The notes beneath the pieces are model-generated. The model was not told the DNA's origin. It made no database searches and worked only from the letters and a program-made list of their open reading frames with translations. The position numbers and the translations under genes were made by a program. Source: Lama glama (lineage: Eukaryota). From it: a stretch of DNA of 64,000 nt. Position 1 is the stretch's first letter. The number at the start of each line of letters is the position of its first letter. Location: assembly GCA_028534125.1 (NCBI GenBank), contig CM052837.1, positions 33,542,001-33,606,000 on the forward strand, written 5' to 3'. Shown here one piece after another: positions 47,909 through 62,305 of this stretch.

Positions 47909-50900
47909 GAGAGGTTTGCCCGGTGCAAACCTGTGCTTGTCTCCACCTCTGTGAGTTTATTCTCACTGTTCTCCACGCAGCTCGTTTTTCCCTTCCTTCC
48001 GTCCTCCACGAAACCTCTTTATAGTTACACACGCGACCCTCGTAACTGTCCTTTTTGGAGGATCCTCTCCATTATGAACATCGGGATGCCTATGGCTTTG
48101 CAAATCCTTCCCTGAGCCTGGGGCTCTTTCAGTGTTTCTGTCGCGTTTTCTTCATGGGCGACAACCATGGCAGTAGCGTTCACGGTAATAATCATAACGC
48201 AGCGAACGGTGGTGGAGATGCCGTACCTGACAGCACTGCGCTGAGTCCTCTTAGGCAGCTTAACTCATTTCACATCGCACGCACACACATGTACACACAC
48301 CCACACACCCTCTGTATGGTAGGGACGCTTAGAAGCTCTATTTTATCCGTGATGAAGCTGAGGGACTGCAAGGTCAAATAACCAGTTGTTAGTTCCTTCC
48401 TCTTGTTCAATAAGTCCCTAAGAAGGTAAGAATGAATCATTAAAGCCATGCTGCTCCAGGGCAATAGTCTAAAAATTAAAAAAACCCCAAAACTAATGAT
48501 TTTTTTCCTGATTATAATGCAATATCTGCTCACTATAGAAAATAAGAAAAATATAGAAAATATTGAGGAAGTAAAATTCACCCACAGTATTTTGGTTGCA
48601 GCTATTTCCAGTCTGTCTGTCTGTCTGTATGCATTTTCCAGGGAATTACGTTTAAGCCATGATTTTTAATGGCTTTCAGGCCTCTAGGCCTTTCTGTTTG
48701 GACATTCAAGTTGTATCCAAATTTTCTTTTCTGCTTTTACAATATTTGACCAACATTCTTAAACATGTTATCTTTGCCCCCGTTCCTAATTATTTCATTA
48801 GGATCAGGGGCTGCATCTTTAAAGCTTTGGATACACTTGGCCGAGTGCCTGGGAATGGCTGCAGCAATTTCCGGTCCCTCCAGCTGAGTCTGGAAGGTGC
48901 TACTCGCTCTGCTCACCTCCTCACCAACTCTGGGGGTTTTGTTTTTATTATTAAGTCCTTGCTGGTGTTTGCATCTGCATTTTTAAATTACTAATGACCC
49001 GGATTTTGTTGACTTTTCTTTATGCAGTTTGTTGGCCATTTGGGCTTCCTGTCCTGTTCTTCACGGCACTGACTTTGAACATCTTCTCCGCAGACTGTCA
49101 TTTTCTCCTTATTTCCCCGTCATCTGTATCTCTTGTCCACTTAAAGAGTAATGCTGGTTACAAGCCTCTTCTGTTTTAAAGATTGGGTGAATGGATGTTA
49201 CGCATTGACTCGATAACCCAGTTGGGTTTGGGTCACCCCACCCGGCTATCCTCTCGCCACTGTCCCCGCTCCCACAGGAACGATGGAAGGCCCTGTGGGA
49301 AGATGAAGCCTGCCTGAAATATACAGAAAAAATATGCTTACATAAAGTAACATCTCTGAAACTCAATATTCACACCCCATCGCACAGGGTTGGGGCAATC
49401 AAATGATATAACATCTATGGAAACACTTCATTTTCTGCCCAGTACTTTAGGGGATAGAAATGTTTAGACAGAACACTTTAGTGTTTATAAACATTTATCA
49501 AGAGCATTTTACAGCTTGTCCTTGGCTTTCTCGTATATATTGTCTCATCTAAGATGAGCGAAGCTTTGTTGGATCTAGAAGGTCAGACAAAAGGGGACTA
49601 CAGTGAGGGAACAAACCTTACCCACCTGCTCGGTCCCTGACAGCTTGCTTGTCTTATCCCAGCTAATCGTAACCACCCTGCAAACAGACAGATTCACTTA
49701 TTCAATAGGCAAATGTTTATTGTGTGACTACAGTGTGCCGGGCTCCATCCTAACCTCCTGGGGATAGATCAGAGAAGAAGGTGGACAAACACCCTGCCCT
49801 CATGGGGCATATATTCCAGTGGTTGATCCCTAGGAGATGCGATGCTTATTTAATGGGTGAAGTCTCAGGGAGATGTGGTCACCTGCCATCATCACCCTGC
49901 CCCAGAGTCTCCTCCACCTCCTGGGGCTCCTGGGTTTCTGCTACACAAAACCAGCTGGCACCTTGGATGTGATTCTCATTTCAGTTCAGAGAGGTCCTGG
50001 CCACGTTTCTCAGGAACCTGGATTACTGTCCAACCGTGAGGTTTGTCCGGTCAGAGCCAATGCGGGCCTGCCACGGACATCGGACATCAGCAAAACCAGA
50101 GCTGAGCTGAGGGAGTTAATACTTTGCTGTCCCTTGTGCCACTCTCACAAGGCAGGGAGGGCTGGAGCAGAAGGCAGCACCAGTCCTGGGCCCGTCCTGG
50201 GACTACTTGAATCCAGGGATCTGGTCTTTATAATGCAGAAAACAGTTGTCCTGACTTACAAGCAAACAATTAGGGGTTCATCTTGGAATCTTCTAGTGCC
50301 CCCCCAACACCTCCCCAGTCAGGGTCAGGACTGCTCCTTGCCATATGTTGAAGGAGGGAGTGGTGCCAGATGATACCTCCTGGGTCCCTTCCCAGGTGTG
50401 TGACTGAGGACGAGGATGTGGCCCCCTCCAAGTCCTGGGCTATCACAGCAATGTCTTCCTTGTAGGGTTGCTGTTGGGGTGGGGGGGCAAGTGCCCAATG
50501 TGAACAAAGTGACAAATGGTGCGTTGTGGGCGGGGGGAAGTGGGAATGACAGCTGCTCGCACGGTACCTTCAATCTGCTTTCTCCAGTTCGTGCCTTTTT
50601 TGATTTGCTCATGGCTTGTGAGACTCAGATGAACTCCCCAGCATCTTCAAAAGAGAAGCTGTTTGGAGATGAGATTCTATCTGCAAGAGGCCAAGTCCCC
50701 AAAAGGCCAAGGCCACAGGGCTGGAACCCGAGAGCTCTGGGCGCCTTGACCTCCTGAAGCCCCAGATGAGTGGTGGGGCCCTGGCCCCCAAAACCCCAAA
50801 GACGGGGCAGGCGACCAGGTCCTAAAGCTCCAGGTTCTCCCCCTCCTCCCCACGAGGATCCAAACCTGGTGACTTCGAAACTAGATCCTGCAGTGTCCTG

Positions 50901-53900
50901 GGGGCTGGGCTGGGGTTCTGGAGGCTTCCTGCCAGCTCACAGGGGCCTCCACTTCCGTCCTGTTCAGATTTCAGCAGTACAAGCTCTGGGATTTCCAGCT
51001 GGGAGGGGACCGTATAGACATACTTACAGATCTGGGCACCTGTCTCGAAGCTGCATTTTTTTGTGAAATAAGCTCAGTGTCTCTGCTTTTATTTGGAGGA
51101 TGCAGCCTCCCTCCGTACTGCACAGTGTTGTGCGGTTCTGGGAATGACTGCACCCAGGAGAAAAGTGTTCTATGCCAGGAAATGAACATTGAAAACCCCT
51201 GGGCCGACCCTGGGCAGGTGTCACTTGCACTAACAATGTCATTGCACTAGCCATGTAGAGCCTCTCGTGAGCCTGAGCTTTAATCGCCCTTCAGGCTTCA
51301 GATTTTTTTTTTGTTTGTTATCCCCACTTTCCAGATGAGGAAACTGAGGCTCAGAGAGGCTACCTTGCCCAAGCACACACCTTGTCAGAATCGGCTTTCT
51401 AGGGTCTCTGTGGCCATTTCCACGGGACTGCTGAGCCTCCCTCTCCATGTATTATTAAGGAGTAAAGTCACAGATGAAAACTCCTTACAATTTTTGAAAA
51501 CTTAGGATTCCTCTGCCATCTTAATGTTTTCCATCATGTGTTCATTATCATTTGCTTTGGAGGGTTTCTTTTTTCTTTTTTTGAGCAGTAGAAGCACCTG
51601 GCTTCCCTGCTCTTATTTGCAGAAGTTTGTTGAATGAATTGAAGGAGTACATGGAGGCTTGATTTTGTAGTTATGTCCCCCAGCCCCCTCCGCTCCACCT
51701 TAATTAAGTAGATCAGGAGAAGGTTCCAGTGGGTTCGAAAAGCCATTTTATCACAGAGGGGTAGTGTGGACAATTAAAACAGAGTCTGCTGCCCTGGAAC
51801 AGCTCCTACGCCTGCCCCCACCCCAATTCTCTGCTTTGAAAGCCCTTCGCTTGGCAGGAAAACGCTGCCCCCTCCTGGCTTAGATGGACAGGCGCACCCG
51901 AGACAAGTGTTCAGACCAATACACATTTCATTGAATCTGAACAATAAGGTCACTGAAGACCAAAGAATAAATTAAGGTGATTGGGGCTGGGTAAGAAAAT
52001 GTCACTGGATGAAATGAAGATTTCGAGATACCCTCTTCACTTAATGAAAGTCACATGGTCCTTTTGGGGCAACAGTAGCATCAGCCACCGGTTACACAAC
52101 CCAGGACATTCCTGGGGACAGACTGTCCTGCACAGAAGACGCGCGGTAAAAGCATCTCTGTGTTCAGAAGAGGCAGCAACTCCGACAGCTAACATAGTCT
52201 CCAGAAGTGACCTGTGTCGCCAAAGGCGGAGCCACGGCGGGAAGCCTTGGGTTGGAGGGCACGCGGGCATGCCTCTGTTTGGGTTCTCTGCTCCTTTGCC
52301 CAGTTTCAAAACCTCCCTCACCCGTGTCTTTCTTCATACAAATCAGCCCGACAGGAAGAGCAGGCAGCTGCTGGCGATTTCACAACCGGCCCAGAAGCTG
52401 CCTCATTTCAGGGACAGCATCAGTGAGGAATGGTTGTGAGACACCGACTTCTGGAAGACTCTGGACTTTTCTCTCCCACCTCCCCACTTCCAAAGGCAAT
52501 TCTCCACTGCTGTCTGAGTTGCCTTCTAAGCATTGTTTGAAGGGTGGGGTGCGGGGAATAAAGGGGTAGAAGATGTCTTAAGGCATTCATGTGACTTACG
52601 ACACTAATTTTCTTCTCAAGGGTTGAGCTAAAGCCAGGAAGTGTTTGCAAGAAAAGTCCCTCTTGATCTCACCTCTGAAGGACCAGATGATGTCTGGTTA
52701 ACACGCTGACGATCCTACAGGGAGAAGCATGGGGAGTCGGATGCAGAAGGAGCCTGGGGGTCAGGTGAGGGAGGAGCCTGGGGGTCAGATGGAGGAGTTA
52801 TCTTTGCTCTACTGTTTTTTCTTCTCCCATAAACTTTTTTTGGGGGATTGAGGTTTGACTGACATGCTCTCCTAGTACTAATCTTGTTCTAATTCTAATT
52901 TTGGCTCCAGAAGCTGGCATCCTGGCCAGGGTGTGGACCACTTTTCGCATGCTTCTCTTTCCCCGCTCTTTTTAGCCTGCATTTATCTCAGCAACCTGAA
53001 CGCCCCATGGGCTGGAACTGTCTCCTTTATCAGTGTCTCCCAGCTCCTGGCACACAGCAGTGACTCAGCATACCTGCCTTTGTTGGAGGAGTGCAGGAAA
53101 GTGGCCTCTGGTCAGGAGAAGAAGGCCCCGGGACTTCTGTCCCTCTCCCTCACTGGGCCTCAGTGGCCACCTGGGGAAAAGCAGTAAGTGGACAGGGTTC
53201 TCCCAGCCACCTGCTGGCCAGACATTCAAGAATTCTCTGCAGTGTTGTAAGGTCCAGCTCGGGTTATAAGAGTAAGCAAAGTCCCTGCTCCAGTGGGCCT
53301 TACAGTCTACTGGCAGAGATAGAGATTAAAGAAAGATCAGTACAGATAATTAATTACAATTGTCAAAAGTGTTCCTGAAGGAGAGTGTCCAGAGGCCCTA
53401 CGGGAACCAGAGACACCGCATGAGTAGGAGGTAACCAGGCTTCAAGGAGAGGAAACAGCATTCCCAGAGAAGGGACAGCATGGGCAAAGGCCCTGAGGCA
53501 GTTTCGGGGCAGCATTTGCTTTTCTGACAAAAAGGATAGATGCATCTTGCACCACCTATACCACCTTCCCCAACCATGAATGCAGAAATGGTGCCCAAGA
53601 GGGTTACAGCCACGGGAGGCTCACAGCCACAGGAGAAAGGCCACCAGTGTCACTGACAGTGCTGGTCCCTGCTGCCAGTTTCTTCCAGGTTGTTGTCATG
53701 TGAGAAACAGTGGTGTCCTGTTCCTTGCAGCCCAAGGCGTCCGCTCTGAAACAGAGTGAAAAGGCCTGCAGCCATCCTAACCAGCCAGGCCTGGGGATGC
53801 GGTCGGGGGCACCGGTCCCCGCAAGGTGGGTTCACGTGCAGAGGAGAAGCTCCCTCTTCCCGTGACCACCCCTACTGAGCCAGAGCCTCCCGCCCTGCTC

Positions 53901-54613
53901 TGACGACCCCTGACTTCCACTAAGCCTTGGAGAAAACACCACCCCCAGGAACTTCCGGCTCAGCCCCCGAGGGACCCCCCCATAAGGACAGAGGGCAGGA
54001 GAAGGCCGAGCTCACCAGCGCCTGCGCAGTCCACGCCCTCTGTTCTGCGGGCGGGGGCCGGCCCTCCTGGGTGTCCCCGGTGCAGCCAGGCCGCTGGGTC
54101 ACCCTCTCCTGCCTTCACAGCGGAAGGCGCACCCGCTCTCCACGGCCAGGGAGATCTTGGCAGGGCTGTTACCCAGTTTCCTCGCTAATTACCCTGGGAT
54201 AGTCCCTCCTAAACAGAGAAACTTCTATAATTTGGTTGTAAAACATCTCTTTGAATTTTCTCCAGAGTCTGCAGCGGTTCTAATAATAAACAGATCCGAG
54301 CCGGAAGGCTTTCATCCCAGCAGCTCAGAGTTCACAATAAACAAATCATGATTACGTGTCTCAGCAGCCCCTCCTTTTTTTGTTTTCCAAACGGGGAAAC
54401 TGAGGCAAAAGGAGGTCAACTGCTTGGCCTGAGGCTATGGCTTCTCTTGGCCACCAAGTGGCCCACGGAACTACTGGGACTGTCATCGTAATTATAGCCC
54501 TGCCTCAAAGGCCTGGGAAGTTTGCACGGACGCCATACATCCACCTTGCACACCGGCTTCTTTGGATGGAGGGAAAGCTGTGGTCTAGATTCAGTGGTTG
54601 GGCCCTGTAAGTA

Positions 54614-55101
54614 CAGATGCACCTCATTTTATTGCACCTTGAAGATGTTGCTTTTTTTTCTTAATCAGTTGAGAGTTTATGGCAACCCTGTGTGGAGCAA
54701 ATCTATTGATGACATTTTTCCAACAGCATTTGCTCACTTCGTGTCTCTGTGTCACATTCTAGTAATTCTCATAATATTTCAAGCTTGTTTGTTATTGTCA
54801 TCATTACGATGATAACCTGTGATCAGTGATCTTTGATGTGACTCTTTCAAAAAGATTATGATTTACTGAAGCCTCAGATGATGGTTAGCTTTTTTTTTTT
54901 AACAATAAAGTAGTTTTTAATTAAGGTATGTACTTTTTTTAAAAGACATAATGCTATTATTTCACACTTCATAGACTATGGTGGTATAGTGTAAACATAA
55001 CTTTTATATGCACTGGGAAACCAAAAAATTCGCGTGACTTGTTTTATTGCGATATTCACTTTATTGTGGGGGAAAAGCCTGCAATATCTCCAAGGTCTGC
55101 C
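54614..55101 (+). mobile_element. Tigger1 internal-deletion derivative
   Basis: ta|cagatgcacctcattttattgc 5' end; tatatgcactgggaaaccaaaaaattcgcgtgac and caatatctccaaggt 3' end; transposase missing. Confidence 0.9.
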
Positions 55102-56820
55102 ATTTAGAGGAAAAACAATAGCTAACATTTATCTAACATTTGTCATGTTCCAGCACGGATCTACTTAAGTCCCTTTCAAGGAGAAGAGAGCATGTGCATA
55201 GGGCCTGAGGCAAGAACATGTTTTGGAAGAACTGTTATGGGAGATGCAGCCTCCAAGGCTGTGGATGTAAGATGTCAACTCCTGGGAAGTGTATGAGAGA
55301 CACATTTAAGTTAGACTCACCACAAGAACAAGATCTGACCCCCTGGGATTAGGACAGTCACATTCAGGAGTTCAACAGATGTACTGAGCCTTCCTGTTAC
55401 TCAAACTGCTGTCTTCTGCCCGCCAAGAATCGGGCCAATGAAGGCTTTGTAAACCTGTGGAGCCTGGAGTAGTTAGCCGGTGGCTCAGTGTGTGGATGGG
55501 CCAGACCACAGGACTGAACCACAATCTGGGCTCAGGGTCCCCAAGGTAATGACAAGGGCCCAGAGAACATACGAACCAGGGAGTTGAAGAAAACCCCAAA
55601 CCAAAGCCTTAAGTTTGCTGAACCTCAAACCATATCAAACTCAGCCAAAAAAAAATGTTTCAAGCTTGATTTGTGGTTTTCTCCTTCCCACCCTGCCTCC
55701 TTTCCTTCCCTAACATCCAAGACGGGTAGGAAAGGCTCTCACGTTTAAAATATTAATACACACTAATAAAGCTGATGGTTATTTAGAACTCTGCGAGCGC
55801 TAAATGGTTTACATTGTCAGAGGACATTGTGAAATGGACAAAAGAAGGTTAGTGAATGTACCTTCAGTTATCTGACTCACAGGTCTGTGCCTTTCATTGG
55901 CTTTATGGACAGGAATGCAAATGGTTTTGTCCATAGAAATGCAAATGAGTTTGTCCCTTGGAACTCAATTGATTATTGTCTTATGAGTATTGACCAGTTT
56001 TTCATCTATTCGTAAATTCATTTCAGCACTTCTGATTGCCTGCATATTTATGGGTGCGTCTGAATTATCCCTTGAACCATTTGCAACATCTTACAAATTC
56101 TCTCATTAACTAAGGAGTCAAATAAAATCTTTGACGCATAACCTATTTTAGATCTATATGAGTCAGGATTTTATCTTTACAAAATTCATCTTTAACGACA
56201 TGCATAATCCTAATTACATTGCTGTAAAGTGGCTATCTTTGCCATCACCCCATTTAATAGATGAGGAAAACCGAGGCCCAGGGTGTCATGAAATTTGCTC
56301 AAGGCCGTCCACAGGTAATTGTTTGAGTCAAGCTCTCCATCCAGGCAGTGGGGACCCAGAGCTGGAGCTCTCTGCTACTGCCCTAGGTGGTCCTTGCTGT
56401 GTGGCTCACCCCAGTAGCGCTATTGGATTTCGAGTTGGTACTCTTCCCATTGGTCCTTCAGGATTCTCCATGCTCAATGCCTTTGTAGCTGACAGATGTG
56501 GCCAGTCCACTGGGAACTCAAAAGAGCAGACAAGCGACCTTCTCCTTTGTACCATAGTTCAGAGCTCTGAACAGTGCAGGAGGCAGTTCATGATGAATCT
56601 TAAGAAGCCAATTCAGAGAAGCCCTTAAAACCTCCAGCTAAGGGTCTGTACTTGCTCCTCAGTGACACTGAGTGTCTGCTTCTTCAATTTGCTTATTTTA
56701 ATAGAATAAATATTTTTAAAAGCAGTCATGATTGTTATGACAAGAACGTCATATTCTTTAGTGGGTAGCAAAGAACAGCTACAATCTGAACATCTTACTG
56801 ACTGATGCGTGGATTGATTT

Positions 56821-57140
56821 TTTTTTTAATTTTGTAAGTGAAGTCCAGTAGATTTACTATGTTGTGTTAGTTTCAGGTGTCCCACAGTGACTTAATTATA
56901 CATATATATATATATTTCAAATTCTCTTTCATTATAGGTTATTACAAGGTATTGAATCTAGTTCCCTGTGTTGTACAGCAGGTCCCCGTTGTTTATCTAC
57001 TTTATATATAATAGTGTATATCTGTTAATCCCAAACTCCTAATTTATCCCTCCCCCGCCTTTCCCCTTTGGTAGCTATAGTTTGTTTTCTATGCCTGTGA
57101 GTCTGTCTGGTTTGTAAATAAGTTGATTTGTGTCATTAAA
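56821..57140 (-). mobile_element. Young L1 3' end
   Basis: ttagtttcaggtgt...ataggttattacaagg...ctgttaatcccaaactcctaatttatccctcc. Confidence 0.9.
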
Positions 57141-57984
57141 TTTTTTACTTATTTTTATTTTTATTTATGGATGGATTGGTTTTTAAAAACTCAGGAACAG
57201 GCTTACACCGGAGCTAAATCAAACTTTAAAACTACTGAACCACAAAAATTACCTGAAGGGAAAATGAACAAACTGGTGTTTCATTTAGCTGCTGTTTCTG
57301 TGTGACGTTCAAATAACAGCCTAGGGGGTCAGCCCCCAGCACTGATGCTGTGGATTTTGTCATCTGTGTGAGTATTTGGGCCTGAGAGTGTCGCCGGCTA
57401 ACATTTGTTGAATTTTTAGAGCACGGCTCTAAATGCTTTACATGCCTGTTTTCGTTTAATCTTTCAACGACTGTTTGGCGTGTGTCCTAGTATCAGCCAC
57501 AATTTTGGATGAGGTGACTGAGTCCCACGAGGTCGCCACTTGCCAAAAGCCACAAATCTGCTAAGTGGAGACACGGGTTACACTCCTGTGCACACACGTG
57601 GTTCATACAGGTTCTAGAAGGAGGGAAAGCTCGGTGGGGTGGGGGTAGCTCCGTTCCTGATATTTCCTCATTGCCAAAAGAACTTCTGTTCCTCACGTCC
57701 CCAGTGTGGTGGCCAACCTCCCGGCGCAGCGCCCGCCGTGCTCCCCGCCACCTGGGCTCACCGCCCCCGGGCTGCCCCTCCAGGGTGAGTCCGGGCTGCC
57801 CGGGCTCTGGCGGAAAGCACGGCGTGGGACTTCTGATGCCAGGTCCTAAGAGGCATTGCTGCTTCTGCCTCGGCCACGGGGACTGTGCTCTGGGGGGTGC
57901 CAGCCACCCGGTGGTGAGGACACTCAAGTAGCTTTGTGGGGAGGCCCCTGGGGAGGGGGACTGGAGGCTGACGACCTTCTGGTG

Positions 57985-58470
57985 GATTTGCTCAACCTCC
58001 GTCCTGTCATCCTTTTGCATTCTTTCCCATCAGGCGGAGGCTGAAGTGCTGAAAACTGTATTTTCCAGGCTCCTTTGCAGCTAGAGATCTGGATGTGAAT
58101 TCGATTCTGCTGTTCAGTGTCCCTGGGTGGGATCTGGAGGGTGAAGTGAGGCAGGCGCCCTGGTTCCGCCCTGACTGGGGTGTGGGAGGCGTGGTCCAGG
58201 GCAGCTGCTCTCCTCAGCCCCTCCCCCGGCTGCTTCGGGGTTGAGAAGCAGGGCCAGACGTGTGCTCCTGACTCTGGGCTTCTGCTGGCATCCCCAGGGA
58301 ATGCAGCTCCAGGAGGCTCAGTCTTGTGTGCTCTGGGAGTCTTTCCTGGAAGCACAGCCTTGAGGCCACTGCCCCAAACTCCCAGTGGTTCAGCGAGCAC
58401 CCCGTTTCCTGTATTAGACCATAGAATGATTCCATTTCCTGCTCCGAAACTTGGAGATACTATTAGCTAA
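57985..58470 (+). mobile_element. LTR33-like ERVL LTR
   Basis: aaaactgtattttccaggctcctttgcagctagagatctggatgtga...gatctggagggtgaagtgaggc. Confidence 0.7.
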
Positions 58471-58704
58471 TTCAACATTATAGAAATAAAGAAACAAAAA
58501 GGCTTTCCTCCTATCCCAAGGCCAGTTTTCCTTCATAAACAGTAACATTTTCCAATTTACGATTTCAGAAAATCTTTCTTTGTGAATCTACAGATAGATA
58601 GCTACATAAAATATACTAGGTAACATATAATGGTACTGGGGGCGTGTCATAATACAGCCATTGTTTTGCATATTAACATTTTTTCCCTAAAATTATTTTT
58701 TGAA

Positions 58705-59395
58705 TCATAATGAGATACCATTACCCATTGACCAGAATGGCTAAAAAGAAAAAAAAATAGAAAAATAAAATCCTAACATTGCCAGGTGTTGACCAGGACA
58801 AGGTGCTGCAGGAATGTTTCTATGTTGCTGATATAGGAATGTAAATTGGCTGAACCATGTTGGAAAACTCTCTGGTAGTCTGTATCAGAGTTACATGCAT
58901 ATCTCCGAATTCCTACCCCCGGACCCAGCAATTTGTCCACAAAAAGACTTGTGCAAGAATGTTCACGGCAGCTTTCTTCCTACTAGTCAAAAAGTAGGAG
59001 CAACACAAACATCACACATGTGAACGGATAACAAATTGTGTTCTACAAAGGAACACCACTTGGCAATAAAAAGGCACAAACTACCGATAGAGGCATAACA
59101 TGGATGAACCTGGAAAACATTAAGTGAAAGAAATAGATACAAGAGGCAGTGTACAGATATGAAGTGGTTCCTTTTCTAGAAGGTTTGAGAACAGGCAGAG
59201 CCACAATATGGTCCCCAAAGTCAGGAAACAGTTTGTCTCTGGTGAGGGAGGGGGTAATTGCCTGGCAAGGGGCACAAGGAGCCTTCTGAGGTGAGAGAAA
59301 TGTTCTGTGTCTTAATCTGGGTGGCAGTTACACAGGTGTACACGTAGGGAGAAATTACTCAAGCTATCCGCTTCAGATTGGTGCACTTGACCGAT
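58705..59395 (+). mobile_element. L1ME/MD-like 3' region
   Basis: atgagataccattac...ccagaatggctaaaa; acatggatgaacctggaaaacatt; gaaatgttctgtgtcttaatctgggtgg. Confidence 0.85.
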
Positions 59396-59411
59396 TAAAA
59401 GGTTATCTTTT

Positions 59412-59533
59412 TTTGAGAGGTGGGAGGTCATTAGGTTTATTCACTTACTTATTTTAATGGAGGTACTAGGGATTGAACCCAGGACCTCATGCCTGCTAAG
59501 CATGTGCTCTGCCACTGAGATCTACCCTTCCCC
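59412..59533 (-). mobile_element. tRNA-derived SINE (camelid type) with 16-bp TSD
   Basis: ggaggtactagggattgaacccaggacctcatgcctgctaagcatgtgctctgccactgag; TSD taaaagg(t/c)tatctttt 59396-59411 / 59534-59549. Confidence 0.92.
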
Positions 59534-59624
59534 TAAAAGGCTATCTTTTGATATCAGCACGTTTAGAATTAGTTCGATCGGGTTAACATCTGCCGCGAAT
59601 TCTATCGGACAGGGCCACCGTAAT

Positions 59625-60030
59625 TTTAACCACTCTTCTGTGTGGGGACATTAAGGTTGTTCCCAGCATTCTGGTTATTACAGACAAAGCTGTGTCGAAC
59701 ATCCCTGTGCATATCTTGGAATTCTTTTGCAAGTCTATCCATAGGGTAAATTCCTAGAAGTGGAACTGCTGGGTCAGAGGGAAGGCAGCTGATGGCTCCC
59801 AGGCATTGCTCAATCGCCCTCCAAGAACATTGCAGGAGCGCGCGTGCCCACCGCTCCTTCACTGAGGCGAGCGCCGGTTCTCCCACACCATCACCGGTGC
59901 TGGGCGTTATCAGCCTTTGCAGTGTTTGCCCATCTGATAGGTAAAAAATATTTTATCTTTGTTTTGATTTTTCTTTCTTTCTTTTTTTTTTTTGAAGTAG
60001 ATGTGTTGTATCTCGACCCATTTGCCATAT
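59625..60030 (-). mobile_element. L1ME-like fragment
   Basis: ggacattaaggttgttcccag; taaattcctagaagtggaactgctgggtcagaggg. Confidence 0.8.
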
Positions 60031-61989
60031 TGGGTTTCTGCATCTGATTTTGTTTGAGCTAAGGGTTTGTTGCTAAGTAAAATAGATTAATATTTCAGAT
60101 TAGAACAAAGAAAAGATCATGTTTTCCAAAACCGAACGGCCAAGATGAACGGCAGAGTTTGTCTCCCGTGGGGCTCCTCAACAGGCCATGGTTGGGACAC
60201 CGTGCGGACGCCCAAGTCGTAACCATGGTGTGACCTCTGGCTTTGGGCAGGATGCTCTGCTTTTTCTTGCCTCAGTTTCCTCCTCTGTGACGTGGAGGTC
60301 ATGGTAGTATTATTGTTGCGAAGATTAAATGAGATGATGCTCTTGCAGGGCTCAGACTGGGCTAGGCACGTCCTGAGTCTTGTATAAGCTTCAGCCACTG
60401 CTGTGATCTGGTGACTCAGCATGGAGGCGTCCCCTGTGGGCCTTAGTTTCTATCTTCATTAAATGAGGCTGTTGCATGAGATCTTCCAGCTCTCTTGCCC
60501 CTTCCTGATTCCCTGCCCTGTGGCCTTTGCTCTTGGTGCCCTGTGAGCACCCTGCTTCCCTGTCCCAGGCACCACGTCCCAGGCTCCTAAAGTCACCCAC
60601 CTGCCAGCTTACCGCCCAGGCTGCGCTGCCTCTGGCTGTATCTAAACTCCAGGTGGCTCGCACTTGGTCACCTGGCCCCAAAGCAATGACTCTTATTCTG
60701 GAGATTCAGAATCCCCAGAGAAAATGATTCCTTTGGTTTCAATTAGAGTCCCTCTCTCTGAGATGAGTGATACTCCAGTGCTGGGGTCCCATAGCAGGAC
60801 ACATGCTTTCATGATCTCCCAGCCCCAAGGGTCCCTGCGCAGAGCACTGATCCCCGCCTCCCTGCTGTCCTCTGCATATCAACTCAGGTGCCTTTCCAGT
60901 GACTCCAACAGACACAAAATTCCAAATTAGACTTGTCTGGGACCCCTCCCCCAAAAGATCCCTTCATGGTATTTCCGCTACAGCTCCACCTGCCTTGGCT
61001 CGCATCACAGACCCCATTTAATTCACGTCGTGAATATTTACCAGCATTTGTCTCACTCTGGTTCTGGATCTGATGCCAGTCCCGCAGGGACCCCTCATTT
61101 CTCTAATTGAGAAATCCCTTCCCCCATATTGTAACAGGTCCAAGTGAAAGGATCAGATCATTTGAACACCTAATACCCTCTGAGTAAGTTTCAACACCAT
61201 CTATGAATATTTTTTGCCTCTTCCACCCCCACCTTCTGCCCACGTCTCCTGGTTTACCAGGCATGCCACCTGTCAGATTCTCAACCCACCACCTGGGCAG
61301 CATTGCCCCATCAAAGTTCAGTGTCCCAGGTGGCGATGTCTCATTCCGTGCTTTGACAGCAGTACCTTTCTCTAGCCCCTGGAGTGTTCACCGGAGCCCA
61401 AGGCAGAGCCTTGCTTTATTTTCCATTAAATAATCAGTTATAGACTGACATCAAAGCTATGTCAGCGAGGAGGGAAGGAGGGAGAGAAAGATATGCTTGT
61501 TCATTAGTTGTTGGTTCTGACAGCTCTTCTCATGTTCACTCCAAGGGCTGGGGGAAGCACATGTTATGTTGGATGGAATAATTATTAAATGAGGGTTGAG
61601 GCACTGAGACTCACACTCATAAAAAGAGGAGTGATTTGCACTGGTTACCCTGAATGCTGATTCATTTCATAGGCTTGGAAGTGCACTGTGTCCAGGTCCT
61701 GCTGATGATGAATTCTGGCCATCCAAGCCGGAGTTTGCAAATGCTGCTTTTCTTTCAGTGGATGATGAGAGAGACAGGCATACAGACAGTGATCGCAGCT
61801 GGGATTTAAAGACGCACCATGTGTCGGGCATCTGCTAAGCATTTGGAAACATCACGCCCATCCTAGAGAGAATGTAACTGCCACCAACCCCAGTTTGCTG
61901 GTGAGAAAAATGAGGCTTATTAACAAGAAGTTCAAGGCCACATAATAAACAGTGGCAAAACCAAAACCGAAGACTTGTCTGGGGCTTCA

Positions 61990-62197
61990 TGACCTCACAC
62001 TCTTGACACTCGGGGCTGGGTGTCCTTCCTTATGGGGGCCGTCCTGTGCATTGTAGGGTGTTTGGTAGCATCCCTGGCCTCTACCCACTGGATGCCAAGT
62101 TGTCCCCAAGTTGTGACAATCAAAAATGCCTCCAGACATGGCCAAGGGTGCCCTGGGGGAGGGGGGGGCAGCACCATCCCAGGTCAAGGACCACTGT
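61990..62197 (-). mobile_element. MER20
   Basis: gtcctgtgcattgtagggtgtttggtagcatccctggcctctacccactggatgcca. Confidence 0.9.
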
Positions 62198-62305
62198 GTT
62201 GAAACGTTCACTGTATCTACCCCTCCTTGCCGCCCCATGTGGGTTGGGACATGCCCCTGGGGCCTTTTTCAGGCTTCAGAGGCTGCTGGAGAGGCAGCTA
62301 TTCTT

